A model generated the notes under the pieces. It saw only the letters and a program-made list of their open reading frames with translations, searched no databases and had not been told where the DNA came from. DNA of 64,000 bases from Mytilus trossulus (taxonomy: Eukaryota), in NCBI RefSeq assembly GCF_036588685.1, contig NC_086380.1, forward strand, positions 10,469,347-10,533,346. Direction: 5' to 3'. Shown one piece after another: positions 21,556 to 35,519 of the stretch (the first letter of the stretch is position 1; every line of letters begins with the position of its first letter). Position numbers and translations under genes: made by a program.

Positions 21556-23379
21556 TTACATCTGATAAGCTGTTCCCAATAAAACAAAATGATATGCCTT
21601 TATATCTATATATCTAGCTTCTCCTGATTGAATGTAATCATTAACTGTTTCTGAAATTCTGTCTATACAATAACGACTTGATTTAAAGTCCTGTAGATGG
21701 TAACAACACAGAAAACGGAGGAAATGTGCAAATGGTAAGGGACTTATAAATACCGCAGTACCAAAGTCATGAGGAGACTTTAGTTCCATTGGGATGACTG
21801 AAACAAATATTATCCTGTTAAATGACACATATGTTGCTGGTAGTAGTGATATCAGCTTCAGTGTCTTTGTCTGTTTCATTGTAATTTTTGACAAAGAAAC
21901 TTCATCTGTACATTTTGACAAAGTGTAATTGATTATAAACATTGATGTTACATAATGTTTGTGACAATAGAAAAATGAAGCCAATTTCAGCCACCCTGAT
22001 CTTGAATCTGACTTTACACCAACCAACAACTGGCTGAGGTCATGTTTGTAGAATTTATGTTGCTGTTTATTGTTTGGGTTATTGATTTGTGGTAGCGTAA
22101 AAGGTATTGTTTGATATTCACTTGCAAAAGACAGTTGAAAGATACATCTGGATAATTCAGTTTTACAATGATGCAGCAAAGTGTTCAATAAGCCAAAGAT
22201 GTTTGAAATAGTTAAGTGTTTGAACATTGTCATTGCTTTCATTGATGTAGTTATTTCCCACATTGATCTTGCAGTTTCACATGGAAATCTTCTGTAATCA
22301 TGTAAAGTCTGAGATGATGAGAAAGCCTGAATTCCTTTTTGATATGATTGTTCTAGGAAATTGATTAATGCGTCCCGTTGTTTATTGTTAAACCTTAAAT
22401 AGAACAAGTTGTTATCAGGAATGAAATAATGTAACAATGTTGAATAATTACTCTATACAGTATAGTAACCTTTGTAAACAGGCCATAAAACAGGGAATGA
22501 TATTATCTGGTCTCCAGACTGATGTTTCATTTTCTTCTGACATCCAAAACATAAGGGTCTTCAAAAAGTATGAACACAATAAATCTTTTAAGTCTTCCCT
22601 TCCATGTAATATTTCTTTCAATAATATCTTCAAAGCATAGCATAGAAGCTGGGTATGACTGAAAGAATATATCAGTATATTCTCTGCAACAGAAAAAGAT
22701 ATTCGCCGCTGAAGATTCTCGTGTATAGATCCCTTGTTGCCAATTGGAACAAATAGAGTACCGCATGCAGTTATTTTTGAAATAAGTTCCGGTGAAGGCC
22801 ATATTAAACGTGGTCTTGATATCCATGGTTGTGCCTGCCATACCCACTGATCACATTTAAGGCAGATTGCAAAATCAATATAGTATCATCAATGTCCGAT
22901 AAGCATGGACCATGAAAATGCGTATTCCCTTTTGTCTTTGGAGATATTTCTTGCATTTTGTTTAATTTATGTGACTTGTAAAGCTCACTTGAAAGTAGGG
23001 TTTTCCCTCTGTGTTGTTGTAGCTGTTGTTTGAAGTGATTGTCTAAGTAATTAACATTGGTATATAATTGTAGTTGTGTAAAACACGGTGGTGTGTCCTC
23101 AGTATCCATTACTATAGCTATCCTTCTATCCTGGACAACATCTGTATCTGATATATATACTACATATGCAGGATCAATACACATAATATCAATATCACTA
23201 CCTTCAAGATCCAGTCCTTCTGCCTTACTTCCACTGCTTATATGAGGAATACTATTGCTCGACATTGTAAAATCTCTACTTATAGATGTCAATCGTCTAG
23301 CTCTTACAACTTTCTCTGATCCAATTTTCTGACACAAATGTTCATAAAACTGTAAGGATTCTGTTTTACTGTGAGACAT
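21556..23379 (-). pseudogene. Frameshifted paralogue of the cGLR-like gene (about 70% amino-acid identity in the N-terminal half), truncated at the C-terminus
   Basis: The N-terminal ORF 22804..23379 (MSHSKTESLQFYEHLCQKIGSEKVVRARRLTS...SGSKAEGLDLEGSDIDIMCI...) aligns with the intact gene and then diverges. The remaining homology is split over ORFs 22527..22847 (off frame), 22448..22633 and 21556..22437. A 4-nt insertion near 22447 turns CVEYSTLLHYFIP into CIE*. The stop falls about 30 codons early. Confidence 0.8.
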
Positions 23380-26300
23380 AGTCTTTAACTCTGTAGGGAT
23401 TCTAAATACTAGTAGTACAATGATGTTGCAATACCATCCAGAAATTTTTTCTCTTTTTCTTTGTGATGGTTTTTGGTTGATAATCCAGCTTCATTGTCTA
23501 GATTGTCTATTATCCTTGTAATGGTTTCTGGGTGGTACTGTATAATTGTCTAGATATTATCTCTAGCCTTGTACTGGTTTCTAGATGTTCCTGTCAAATT
23601 GGCCTATTCGTCCAATTTTTTATCTATTCTTTTACTGTTTTCTATATGGTACTGTATAGTTGTCTAGTTTGTCTATTGTCCTTGTAATGGTTTCTGGATG
23701 GTACTGTATAATTGCCAAGATATTCTCACTATCTGTGTGTTACTTTATAGATTTTTCTTGTTCAATATTTGCTCTTCTTTTCTTTTCTTCTACTGGTTAA
23801 TCTAAATGTTATGTAGTATTGTCTAGTTTGTCTTTAACTTTTGACAGGGTTTCTGGTTTCTGATACTGTATGATAGTTTATATATTTGTTTTAATGATTA
23901 GTGTTGGTTTTCTTATGACGTTCCTTTAAAATAAACAAAAGATTATCTGTTTAACATATTGTCTGAGATGAAAGTTGTGTAGTCAAAGTTTCAGCTGTCA
24001 ATTTCCCGTTTAAGACTTATCTAGCGAAGAGGTATGTGTCTGTCCCAAGTCAGGAGCCTGTTATTCAGTGGTTGTCGTTTGTTTATGTGTCACATATTTT
24101 GTTTTTTATTATTTTGTTATATAAATAAGGCCGTTTGTTTTCTCGTTTGAATTGTTTTACATCGTCATTTCGGGGCCTTTTATAGCTGACTATGCGGTAT
24201 GGGCTATGCTCATTGTTGAAGGCCGTACGGTGACCTATAGTTGTTAATTTCTGTTTCATTTTTGTCTCTCGTGGAGAGTTGTCTCATTGGCAATCATATT
24301 ACATCTTCTTTTTATATTATATCTTTTGATATATATTTTTATATATTTCTGATGTAACTGGCACATCTTCTTTTAATTATAAGATACATATCTATATTTC
24401 AACAACTTTTCCTTGTTGTATGTTTGATAAATTTCAGAGGGGGATCCAGATATTCTAAATAGAGGGGGCCACTGACTGTATAAGAGGGGCCCGTTTCAGT
24501 CATTCTTCTCTGATTCCCTATTTAATCAACATGTTCGCCACAAAAGGGGGAACCCGGGTCCCCTGTCCTCTATAAATCTGCCTCTGAATTTAGTATTTAA
24601 TGTACTGCTTTTCATAAAATTATATTTTAGAATGATTGGCAATGAGGATGTTTTTATAAGAAACTTTAACTTAGCCCGCATTTTCCAAACTTTGTTAATA
24701 AACAACTTAATGATATTTCCTCTTACAGAAGCTTCAACTAGGAAATATTTCTCTTTACTGAAACAAGAGGATATGATAAGTTCAGTTTCACATCTTCAAT
24801 GTAATCATTTTAAATGTGAAATATTTATATCAAATGATATTGATCAGGAAATATTGTATGATAAATGGAATGATACATTATTTATTTTATTATCCAGGCT
24901 ATAAGAACCCCATTGAAAATTGTTTTTTTATAGCTTCCGGGGGTTATCCTTTTGTTGAGGCATTATATGCATTGAGTCCGTGGCAACCATTGCACACAAT
25001 ATACATTCAGGTTGTATTCAACTAGGTTTCTGAATCTTTAAATTGTATGATTGTATAATGTATACGTTAGTATTAGATTAGATTTTATTTAAAGGTTTAC
25101 ACACCTTACATCTTATGTTTAACCTTTGAATACTAGTGGTTTTGCATATGCATTAAATAATTGCTAATGGGTTTTCAACAATCAATTAAAAGTACTGATA
25201 TAAGAATAGCAGATTCCTTGATATTATATGCAATTTCAAATTAAAAATTTCACACGACAGCAATTATGAATAAAACTAATATTTAATATCAAAATTTGTT
25301 AGATTTAGCCTTTTCTAAGGTTTCCAAAATCAAAAAGTTAAAGTTTCGGTATATGGAAGGAACACGACACACTGAGCTGTTTGAAGGTTCCCCTTTCTTA
25401 AAACTTGAAAGAATTTTTACAGCATCCAACAGTCTACCCTTTCTGAAAACAAAGTGGAGAACTTTCTGGAGCATTGGATAGAATCCTTTTCTGTCACCAA
25501 GTAAAACTTGCCGTATGGTGTTTCCTGTGCCTATTACTTCAACATGTCGTTAAGGTTTGTAATTAGGCCAGTTCAAAGAGAAACAAAATGGTCATTCAAT
25601 ATGCATTTGTATAAGCATTGACACATCTGATTTCCATGTAGATTATTTGGTCATATGCCCTTATTTATGATCTATTGACTTTGAAACCTTTGCATAGTTT
25701 ACATGTAAAGTTGTAGATTTAGGTCAGTTAAAGGGGAACTACTTATAATAAGTCAATAATACTTGGTATGCAGTTTTAATGGCATTAGTAAATGTTATAT
25801 CGCAAACAAAAATGTTGGCCCAGTTCCTTCAGTCATGGTTCATAGACTTAAAAGTACTAATATTTTTCATAATTAACATGTTAATGTTTTACCGTTTTAA
25901 ATTTCACCATCTAAATTTTACTATCAAATTACAAACTGACAAGACATATCTCTGTGTCCACAGTTTAATTTAAAGCATGTATAAAATGACTGATCTTTAT
26001 TTTCTGCATCAGTTATAATAAGCAAAATAAACCAAGTATTTTGTGCAAAAAGGCTTAGCAATATAATTAAAAATTCTCCCGAAGCACTTGACGTGTTGGC
26101 CAAGTCTTGTTGTAATTTGTTAAGAATTGTAAAAATCAAATCGTTTAGGCAACTTTAATGCAGAAATGTGTAATTATAAAGCCTTTCTACTAGGTAACAG
26201 TGTTTGCAAATGTTGTATTGGGCTAGTGGTTATAAACATGATGCATGATCCATGGAATTTCTGCATTTTTTATTTAAAAAATAGAATGCTGCTTTTTGTA

Positions 26301-26577
26301 ATTATTGTAGTGTAAGAGCATTTCCAAAAGCACATTCGGTATGAAGAACAGACGACCTTCGTAATTTAGATTCATTGATTGGAAACCCTTTTACAACCAT
26401 GTTAGATTTCAAAAGAAGCATTTATTTCTTATTATTGGCTTTTCATGTACAAATTTGATATGTTATGTAATTATAACGAAAAAAACTATCAACATCATTT
26501 AGACTCTGGTGGAGAGACTTGTCTCATTGGCATTCAATCATTTCATACCATATACCACATGTATATCATTTGGTCTT

Positions 26578-26832
26578 ATGGGAGCTACTATTTGTGTTTT
26601 AGGGGGTGAGGCTAGGATGAAATTTTTAAAAAAGGTAGGACGAGCTCATTTTAAGTTTTTTTAAAAAAGGCAGGATGACATTGTATGATAAAAAAAGTCA
26701 GGATAAACTAAAAAAAGAACAGGATCGAATAGTGTAAAAAATAAAATTCAGAACAGAGATAACAATTAAAATTAAAAGCAGGACCACATTTTTCGTTCTA
26801 TTCCCCCTAATAAAATCAAATGGTAGCTCCCT
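26578..26832. mobile_element. MITE of about 255 bp with roughly 30-bp terminal inverted repeats, inserted into a minisatellite
   Basis: The 5' end gggagctactatttgtgttttagggggtgagg pairs with the 3' end ttctattccccctaataaaatcaaatggtagctccc (reverse complement cttagggagctaccatttgattttattagggggaataga). The interior holds 5-6 tandem roughly 25-bp subrepeats (aaaaaaggtaggacgagc / aaaaaaggcaggatgaca / ...). The flanks are minisatellite units (tcatttggtct... / taagtgaaaagttgtttcat). Confidence 0.65.
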
Positions 26833-26879
26833 AAGTGAAAAGTTGTTTCATAGGCAATAATATCACATACTACATTTAC

Positions 26880-28120
26880 ATCATTTGGTCTCTGGTGGCA
26901 ATTTATCTCAGTAGCAATTATACCACTTCATTTAGTGTCTGGTGGAAAGTTGATTGTCTCACTGGCAATCCAACAACATCTACATCATTTGGTCTCACTG
27001 GCAATCCAACAACATCTACATCATTTGGTCTCACTGGCAATCAAACAACAACTGGCAATCAAACAACATCTACATCATTTGGTCTCGCTGGCAATCCAAC
27101 AACATCTTCATCATTTGGTCTCACTGGCAATCCAACAACATCTACATCATTTGGTCTCACTTGCAATCCAACAACATCTACATCATTTGGTCTCACTGGC
27201 AATCAAACGACATCTACATTATCTGGTCTTGAGTGGAGAGTTGTCTCACTGGCAATCAAATGACATCTACATTATTTGGTCGTGAGTGGAGAGTTGTCTC
27301 ACTGCCAATCAAATGACATCTACATTATTTTGTCTTGAGTGGAGAGTTGTCTCACTGGCAATCAAATGACATCTACATTATTTGGTCGTGAGTGGAGAGT
27401 TGTCTCACTGGCAATCAAATGACATCTACATTATTTGGTCGTGAGTGGAGAGTTGTCTCACTGCCAATCAAATGACATCTACATTATTTTGTCTTGAGTG
27501 GAGAGTTGTCTCACTGGCAATCAAATGACATCTACATTATCTGGTCTTGAGTGGAGAATTGTCTCACTGGCAATCAAATGACATCTACATTATTTGGTCG
27601 TGAGTGGAGAGTTGTCTCACTGCCAATCAAATGACATCTACATTATTTTGTCTTGAGTGGAGAGTTGTTTAACTGGCAATCAAATGACACCTACATTATT
27701 TGGTCTTGAGTGGAGAGTTGTTTCACTGGCAATCAAACGACATCTACATTAGTTGGTGTTGAGTGGAGAGTTGTCTCACTGGCAATCAAACGACATCTAC
27801 ATTATCTGGTCTTGAGTGGAGAGTTGTCTCACTGCCAATCAAATGACATCTACATTATTTGGTCTTGAGTAGAAAGTTGTCTCACTGTCAATCAAATGAC
27901 ACCTACATTAGTTGGTGTTGAATGGAGAGTTGTCTCACTGGCAATTAAACAACATCTACATTATTTGGTCTTGAGGGGAGAGTTGTCTCACTGGCAATCA
28001 TACCACATCTTCATCATTTGGTCTCTGGTGTAGATTTGTTTCATTACCAATCATACCACATATATCTACATGATATTGTCTCTAGTGGAGAGTTGCCTCA
28101 TTGACAGTCACACCATATCA
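26880..28120. repeat. Minisatellite related to 16600-17300 (63-bp units gtcttgagtggagagttgtctcactggcaatcaaatgacatctacattatttg, and 42-bp variants)
   Basis: Tandem units are visible. The ORFs 26835..27285 are artefacts. Confidence 0.85.
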
Positions 28121-28699
28121 TCTTATTTTCATACACATAAATATTATGGCAACCCTAAATTTACTTGCTTTCCTTACTCCTAACATATTTTAACTGATAC
28201 TTTACTTACTTTCTAATTAAACAGCAATGGTTTACTGTTTTTGTCTTAGAACAGTAACTACTGTATCTTTTCAACACTCACTGAAAATGAATCTTATAAG
28301 ATAAAATCATTCTTTATGTAGGCAAACAAAATCAGCTTCCCAAGATAATGTTAGATTGATGAAAAGATAATTAAAAAAAAAACTTAAATTAAATTTAATT
28401 ACCTATTTCCTTCAAAATTTTCTTGTGTAACTTTCATTCATTATGATACTTTCATGTCACAAAGCACTGAATTATATAAACAACTAATATTTTTCTGCAT
28501 AGAAAGAGAATTATATTAAGTATATGCCACAAATGATTTATATGTATATTTGGACTCTGAAGAAAGTTTTGGTAACACTTTTGGTTTCAAGAGACTTAAT
28601 ATCAGAGCATATTAATAGTCTTAATTTGTTCACTCATTGTTTTTGTCGAGCCTTTGTCTTTTGTCGAAACAGCGAGACATAGTGATCCTACATTTCTTC

Positions 28700-29030
28700 G
28701 TTGTTGTAGGCGTCCACAAATATTCACTCTGTGGTTAAAGTTTTTGAAATTTTAATAAATTTCTTAAACTATCCTGGATTTCTACCAAACTTGGACTGAA
28801 GCTTGTTTATGATCATAAGATAGTATCCAGAAGTAGATTTTGAAAAAAAAATTCTCTTTTTCCCGCATTTTACTTATAAATGGACTTAGTTTTCTGCCAG
28901 GAAACATAACATTCACTCTGTGGTTAAAGTTTTAAAAATTTTAATAACTTTCTTAAACTATCCGGGATTTGTACCAAACTTGGACAGAAGCTTGTTTATG
29001 ATCAAAAGCTAGTATCTCGAAGGAAATTTT
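28700..29030. repeat. Tandem duplication of two roughly 200-bp units
   Basis: 28725-28850 and 28910-29035 are near-identical (attcactctgtggttaaagtttt..aaattttaataa.tttcttaaactatcc.ggattt.taccaaacttggac.gaagcttgtttatgatca.aag.tagtatc). Confidence 0.8.
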
Positions 29031-32000
29031 GTTAAAATTTTGTACCTGTATTGTAAAAGAAAAATGCAGTTTATTTTATTTCATATAGTTTATTAGTTAA
29101 TGAATTAAGTTCTATACTCTGTAAACTATTTTATATGAAATTATTGTTTCAATGTTCTATACATTTTTCAAGCGTAGGACATTTCAAATATGTCAAATAA
29201 GCACTTTTATAAACTATTGAACTTGTCTGTACAGTGAGACTTCAGCAGTTGCCAAATTATATATATGTCTAGTAGAGTTATATAGAGCATCTTAAGAGTT
29301 CGGACACAGGTCAGCCTTCGTCAGCAAATCTTTTGTTTGTAACAGTCAGTTAAAGGGAAACTTCGCAAAAAAATCAAAAATTCATATTATGTCCATTCTG
29401 TATAAAAATGCTCAAATTTATAAATATTAAAGTTTTATTCCGCTAGATAAGAGATCACCATCGATTTTAAATTTTGAGTATCAGTTCTTTGCGTTCCGCC
29501 ATTTTGTTATCTTGTCCAAATAAAAATCACGACATGTCTATAAACCATAAAGAAACAAAACCACAGTAACCGATGTTGTCGTAATTACGTGTCGATATCT
29601 TGTCAATCGTACGGTTGTTTTATCTGACTAACTAACTTGATTCGGAAAATGTTCTTATATTTTTAATAAACATATAGTCTGTTATTTTTAAACTGTTAAT
29701 ATTGGAATTAGTTAAAAAGTCAAAGTTCAAATCATAAATAAGAGTTCCGTGAAAATTGTTTTTGAAAATCTAATTCGTTCATAATTCTTTAAAGTAATAT
29801 ACTTTATTCAAATAAATTAGGATCTTCGCTCCACTGATCACCCGCATGGCTTAAGGTATTACTCCCAAAGGTATTGTGAGGGGTGTAAGGTGACACGACC
29901 AGGTATTCAAGCGATTTCCTGTCGGGCCTGCAAGTTCATGCATCGTTTCACTTCTGTAGGTATTGATCAGTGTACACGGCCGATAACTTATCACTTTCCA
30001 TTTTGAACTATCAGGTGCATGTATAATATACATCTCTGTCTTGCGTGTCCGAAAGTGATATAATATACTAGTCATTACTTAACTCGTACGCTTGTTTATA
30101 AATAAAATTTCTGGTGTAAAGAATATTATTTATAAAAAAAACAAAAATGATACAAAAAAAAAAAACAAAAAAAAATGAAGATATACAAATATACGTATTT
30201 TTTCCAAGGGTTAATTTGGGGAAAATCAGAGACATATAATTGTATTATATGTCTCTGGGACAATGTAATATTTACTCGTTGTCAATAGTAAAGGACATAG
30301 TTGGATCATTCCAGAAATGTTGATTAAAAAAATGTGCGCACTTGTCGACGATTCGTTTATACGCCCGGATAGAAAGTTACGGAACTACAGCGCAATTTAA
30401 AATATATACATGTATACATTGAACATAAGAAAGAAACATGCATTTTGTGCAAATTGGGGTAAAAGTTTTGTAAAAAGACTAGTCCACGTATACCAACAGT
30501 ATGTAATCATCCAATTCGATAGACTATTGTATACCAAAAGAAGAAGAAGAAGAAGATGGCCAATTTGATTTAAATACAGGTCGATCTATAACTTGCTTTG
30601 GTTCATCGAAGCTATGAACATAGTAAAATCACAGATTTATATATCAATTAGATTGTTCTCGAATAAAGAAAGAAATTCGTCAACACCACAACTGTTCCGA
30701 CATATGCAACTGGACGTACACTAATAATCCCCGAGGGATGTGAATATTTTCTAGGAAAGCTATTGAGTATTAAAGTTTCAAATCATTTTCGGGATTTATT
30801 TTCTTTCTTGATATTCAATGACAGCAAATTTAAAGAATAAACTGCTTGTCAGATATTTGTCCGCTTTAGGGGTATTCTTGCCAGTTGAACAGACTTATAA
30901 TTACATTCAAAAATAGGGAAAGATGACATTAAATTCGTTGTCTTTTGTTTTTAAACATCTTTGGTCAAATAGTTATTAAGTATTATACGTTGTGAGACGA
31001 AGACTACTTTAATAAGGACGTCCCCGATTATGATTAAATTTGGTTGACGTTTTTCACACTTGATAAAGAATATCTATTCGTAATTTTTCGATTCCATTCC
31101 AAGAAGACCTTAAATTTGCTGTCAATGTTTTAAGACTTCTCAAGTACAAAAGTATTTTTTTCTTTGTTCGTTCATATTATATTCCGCTTCGGTAGAGTTA
31201 TCTTCAGTGAGTTCCAGTTATTAATTTGTACGTGGCTTTTAAAAAGTCTAAATCTAAGTGTTCTCATTCATTTATTTGCCTAATAAAGACAAATAAAAAT
31301 ACTTTGGTAAAGCTATTTATAATTTCTAAGTTCTCCTTTTTATTAGACATCAATCAAGGACAAAAGGTGTAAATCATTTCAATCGGACATATGAATTAAG
31401 TTTCCCGTCTTTAACCAAAAATTGTGTATTTCTTAGTAAATTAACTTATTTGAATTAAAATAAATAATAGCACCAAACATAATTAAATAATTCCACGGCG
31501 ATCAATTTTTATTTGTCACCAACTTGAATATATATTTTAAATATGTGTATTGGATGCTCCCCTTGTCTTATAATTCACTGATCCGAATAGACAGTCACAC
31601 CTGGCAAGGTGTGCCCGAGAGGCGTGGTTAAATACCGAAGTGCAAATAACAATTTACCTTTCAACAAGCCATCTACGAGTATTGCTACAGAACCGTGAAT
31701 ACACACATCGTATCAACCAAGTCATAGCAGAGATAGTAAAAGGTCAATAAGAGTACACCAACAGATTATTGTACTTTACTTTGTTCACCTTATCAGTCCG
31801 AAAATACATTAATTAAAAATCAATTTATAACTTTTTGTGTTGTCTACAAAAATAATTCGAATATATACGTTTAACACAGAAAAATTATCTCATGAATATG
31901 TACAATTGAACGTATGTGCGTTTTATCTTCTTATTATCGGATGGTTATTAGATAAAGCATAAGTCATCGGCGCGCTTACGATTACGTTAAAATATGATTA

Positions 32001-35000
32001 AAAACCAAGACTTTTAATGATTGTTTTTTAAATCCCGGCATGCAAAAACCAGGAGAAAACGTCACGACCTACAGGAAGTAGTTAATATTTTTTCATTAAA
32101 TATTGAATTTCTCCTTTATTACTGCACAAATAGCGATAAAACTTTGTGAATATATATATTATGTCATAATGAACATATTTAAACCATAAGTAAAAAATCG
32201 TGAATTTTCCCTTTAAGGGTTACTAGTACATTCAGAACTTAGTATATAAACTGATCAAGCCGCTATGATATTAATAGCGAGTTTCTTGATATTCTAGGTG
32301 TCAGTCGATCCCGGCCTGCCTCTATATCGGCAGCAATACCATGTACCATCCTTGGCATTGTCATAGCTAGTTTTCCCCCACAACGTGTAAAGATCCCAGA
32401 ACCAGCTCTCACATATGTAGTTCGTCTGTTGAGAGTCTGTCGGGAATCAACACAACGGCTAATTTCACAATATACCAACAATCCATAAACCATTCACATC
32501 GTTGTAATGAGTCAAATACATTTGTTATAATATATGGTGAGGACCCGGTCCATTATTATGTGTTATAATACCTGTTTATCCGTATACAAAGGTATTGGTA
32601 ATATAACGAATAATATTGTGGTACATGAGTTGTGAGTAATGTTAAAGAGTCATACTATGATGAATGTAGACTTGCGTATCAATAAAAGAAGTCCATTCGT
32701 TGTAGAGTGGTGAAAGGTCACTTAATTAATGAACGTTCATAACTCTATCACAAGATTACTTAATAGAATATCCCTTTTTAATCTTTGTGGGCCATGTGAG
32801 CTAACCGTGTCATTACTTGGCACATGTGAATATCGCCCGACTGTCGTCTGTAAAGTCGTCGTATAATACTTTCTCAAAACTTTCCTCTTCTCTTCTGTAA
32901 CCACTAAACCATTTCAGGAGTCATTTTTGTCCTGACGATAGAAAAACACAAAATTTTTATTTCTTGAATGATGGACTTCAGATTTTAATTTTTATTATTG
33001 ATTTATTTCTGTTGTCATGGTAAATACACACTGATTAGTCTGATAACATTTTACAGTTTTGAATGTTTGTTCACCAGTTTACTATGTTTAGGTGGAAGTA
33101 TGTTTTTTTTTCTCAAAAAACCGATCACTCAGCGAATATCTATTTGTGCAGGAAGTGATTGCCACAATTTAGGCCTTATAATGAATGCTAAAATCATATT
33201 TCACTGTTCAACATTTATCATTCATTCATTCGTAAATTCCCTAATTTGTGTGAATTAACAATAAATTTCAGCACTGTCCACTTTCAAACCACAACAAAAA
33301 TAGCTAACTGTACCGGTATAACTTATATTTGTATCTGTAGAACCAAAAAAAAATCAAAAGATAGGTACCCAAGGGTACCTATGGATAACCATAGGCCGCC
33401 TCAGGCGTATATCGAAATACAGTCAGTGTCTCCTACATGACACATATAAATTTCCTGTTAACAAAAGTTTGATTTTTTAAAAATTCTTTAAGGATTATCT
33501 TATCCCAGGCATGAGATTACCTTAGGCTATAGCCGTATTTGGCTTTTTTTTTAATTTTGGGTCCTCTATGCTCATCAACTTTGTACTTGTTTGACTTTAT
33601 AAATATTTAAGTAGACGAAACGCGCGACTGGCGTATTAAATTATAAGCGCCTGGTATCTTCAGGGACGTATATAGGTTTTAAGTCCTTGGTATCTTTGAT
33701 AACTATTGGCATTAAAACTAAATATTAGATAAACAATTAACACTGCTTATGTTAAGTGTTTGGTTCAGGTTGGGGTAAATGATTTTTTTTCAGGAAACTC
33801 TTTTTTGTCAGAAAACACTGTCAAACATCAGGGACTTCCTCTACTAGTTAGTACAGAAAGTCCATACAAACATCTAACCTACTATCCACACTGATCTGTG
33901 TCCACACTTGTATTCTTAAAAAAAAAAATGAAATCTTGACATTTTCCGAATATTAAGCCAATCTGTTTAGAAATTTTGGTGAAAGCAATAACTTTTTTCT
34001 GTCAATTATAACATTGCTTTGTTATAACAAATGAATAGTCTATCTCTATAGTCTGAACATCATTGGGCCGAAATGCATTGGGCCGAATTGTCTTATTGTT
34101 CGTAAGGAGAGTCTGATAACCAGAACAAAAAGGGTTAATCAAATAAAAATTCTAATCAAATATCCTTTTAAATAAATTTTGATACAATAAATATATATCA
34201 GGTCACATGATTTTAATTCTATTCTACCCATAATTTAATCTGTAGTGTGAATACAAAATGATATGCCGCAGTGGGCGTTTCCATTTGGTGTGATGGTTAT
34301 TGGAGCAGACCTTGATAGCAAAATAATAATAACAGTCATGATAGTCTTGTCACTAAACATTTATCAAGTTGTCCTACAAATAATATGCACAAAAAAACAC
34401 ACAAATATATGTCCATAGTTTAATATGGTACGTTTAACTATTTTTTCTGATATTTTGTGTACACAGTCACAGGCTCATCTCTGCATACGTCTTCACAACA
34501 ACTCACTGCATGCATTAGCTGCACAGCCATTGACAGGTCGACTATCCATTATTTGCACCTCATTTCTCTCCCCATTTTAGTATTTAAAATTAGGCTGGGA
34601 ACAACTCCTCAAATGAGAGATAACCCCTAAATGTGTAGTCTAAAATTTATAAAGTCTTAAAAGGCTATGATATTTTTTTGCTTTGATGCCTTACATATAT
34701 ATATATATGTCGATGTAAGGTGTCAAAGCCAAAACATATCATAGCCTTTCAACGTCATAATTATTTGGACTATTAAATGCAAAGACTATCCCTTTAATCA
34801 GCCTGGGAACAAACCCCTGTATGGTGATTATACCTGTATAGAGGGATAATCCTTCTTTAGAAAGGGATTAATATAAGTTGCAAAACTTGTTTCCCAATCC
34901 ACTCTAAATAAATATGTTTAAACTAATCCTTCTTTAGAGGGATAAAATTATCCCTCTTAGAGGGGTATTTTTGTTTACACTGGATTTAAAGCAAATTAGG

Positions 35001-35519
35001 GCTGAATGGCATTTTCTGGTTATATTGGCTATAATCTCTAGCATTATATGCATTAACATATATATGCACTTTACTAAAAATAGGGATGACCAGTTTTCTG
35101 CTAAAGTGACAAAACTTGCAATCTATTGTATACCTATCTGAACACCTGATCAACAACAAAAGGAATAGTTGACCTTTAAATTTCATGTTAAATCTAACAA
35201 TAGAAATTCTGTTCAGTGAGGCATAAGTGAGTGGAATCTACCTGATCATCACAGCTTTCAATCATGGTGAACAATAGATTTTATATTTAGTCAGATAGGC
35301 AGCAAACTGGGCATGTGGGCATACCCTACTTATAGGTTAGACAATACTTGGTCAAGTTTTATGAAGGCTTAAATCTTCATAAAACATGACCAAGTATTGT
35401 CTGACCAATTTAGAGCATATTCACACTTTCAAGTGACCTTAGAAAACTATCCTGTCCCATTATAATATTCAAACGTTAATAAGAGTTCACTTTTTAGCTC
35501 ACCTGGCCCGAAGGGCCAA

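Noticed and set aside
26835-27285. Three overlapping plus-strand ORFs (TGNPTTSTSFGL..., HLHHLVSLAIQQ..., SHWQSNNIYIIW...)
   Set aside because: Minisatellite read in three frames.
32263-32493. 76-aa ORF in a locally GC-richer patch (…GIAADIEAGRDRLTPR…) as a possible exon
   Set aside because: There are no recognisable domains and no flanking splice-site pair that extends a frame. It is isolated in AT-rich sequence.
33334-33378. 22-bp perfect palindrome ataggtacccaagggtacctat
   Set aside because: It is a short isolated palindrome (KpnI-site centred) without flanking structure. It is likely fortuitous and is noted only as a possible protein-binding dyad.
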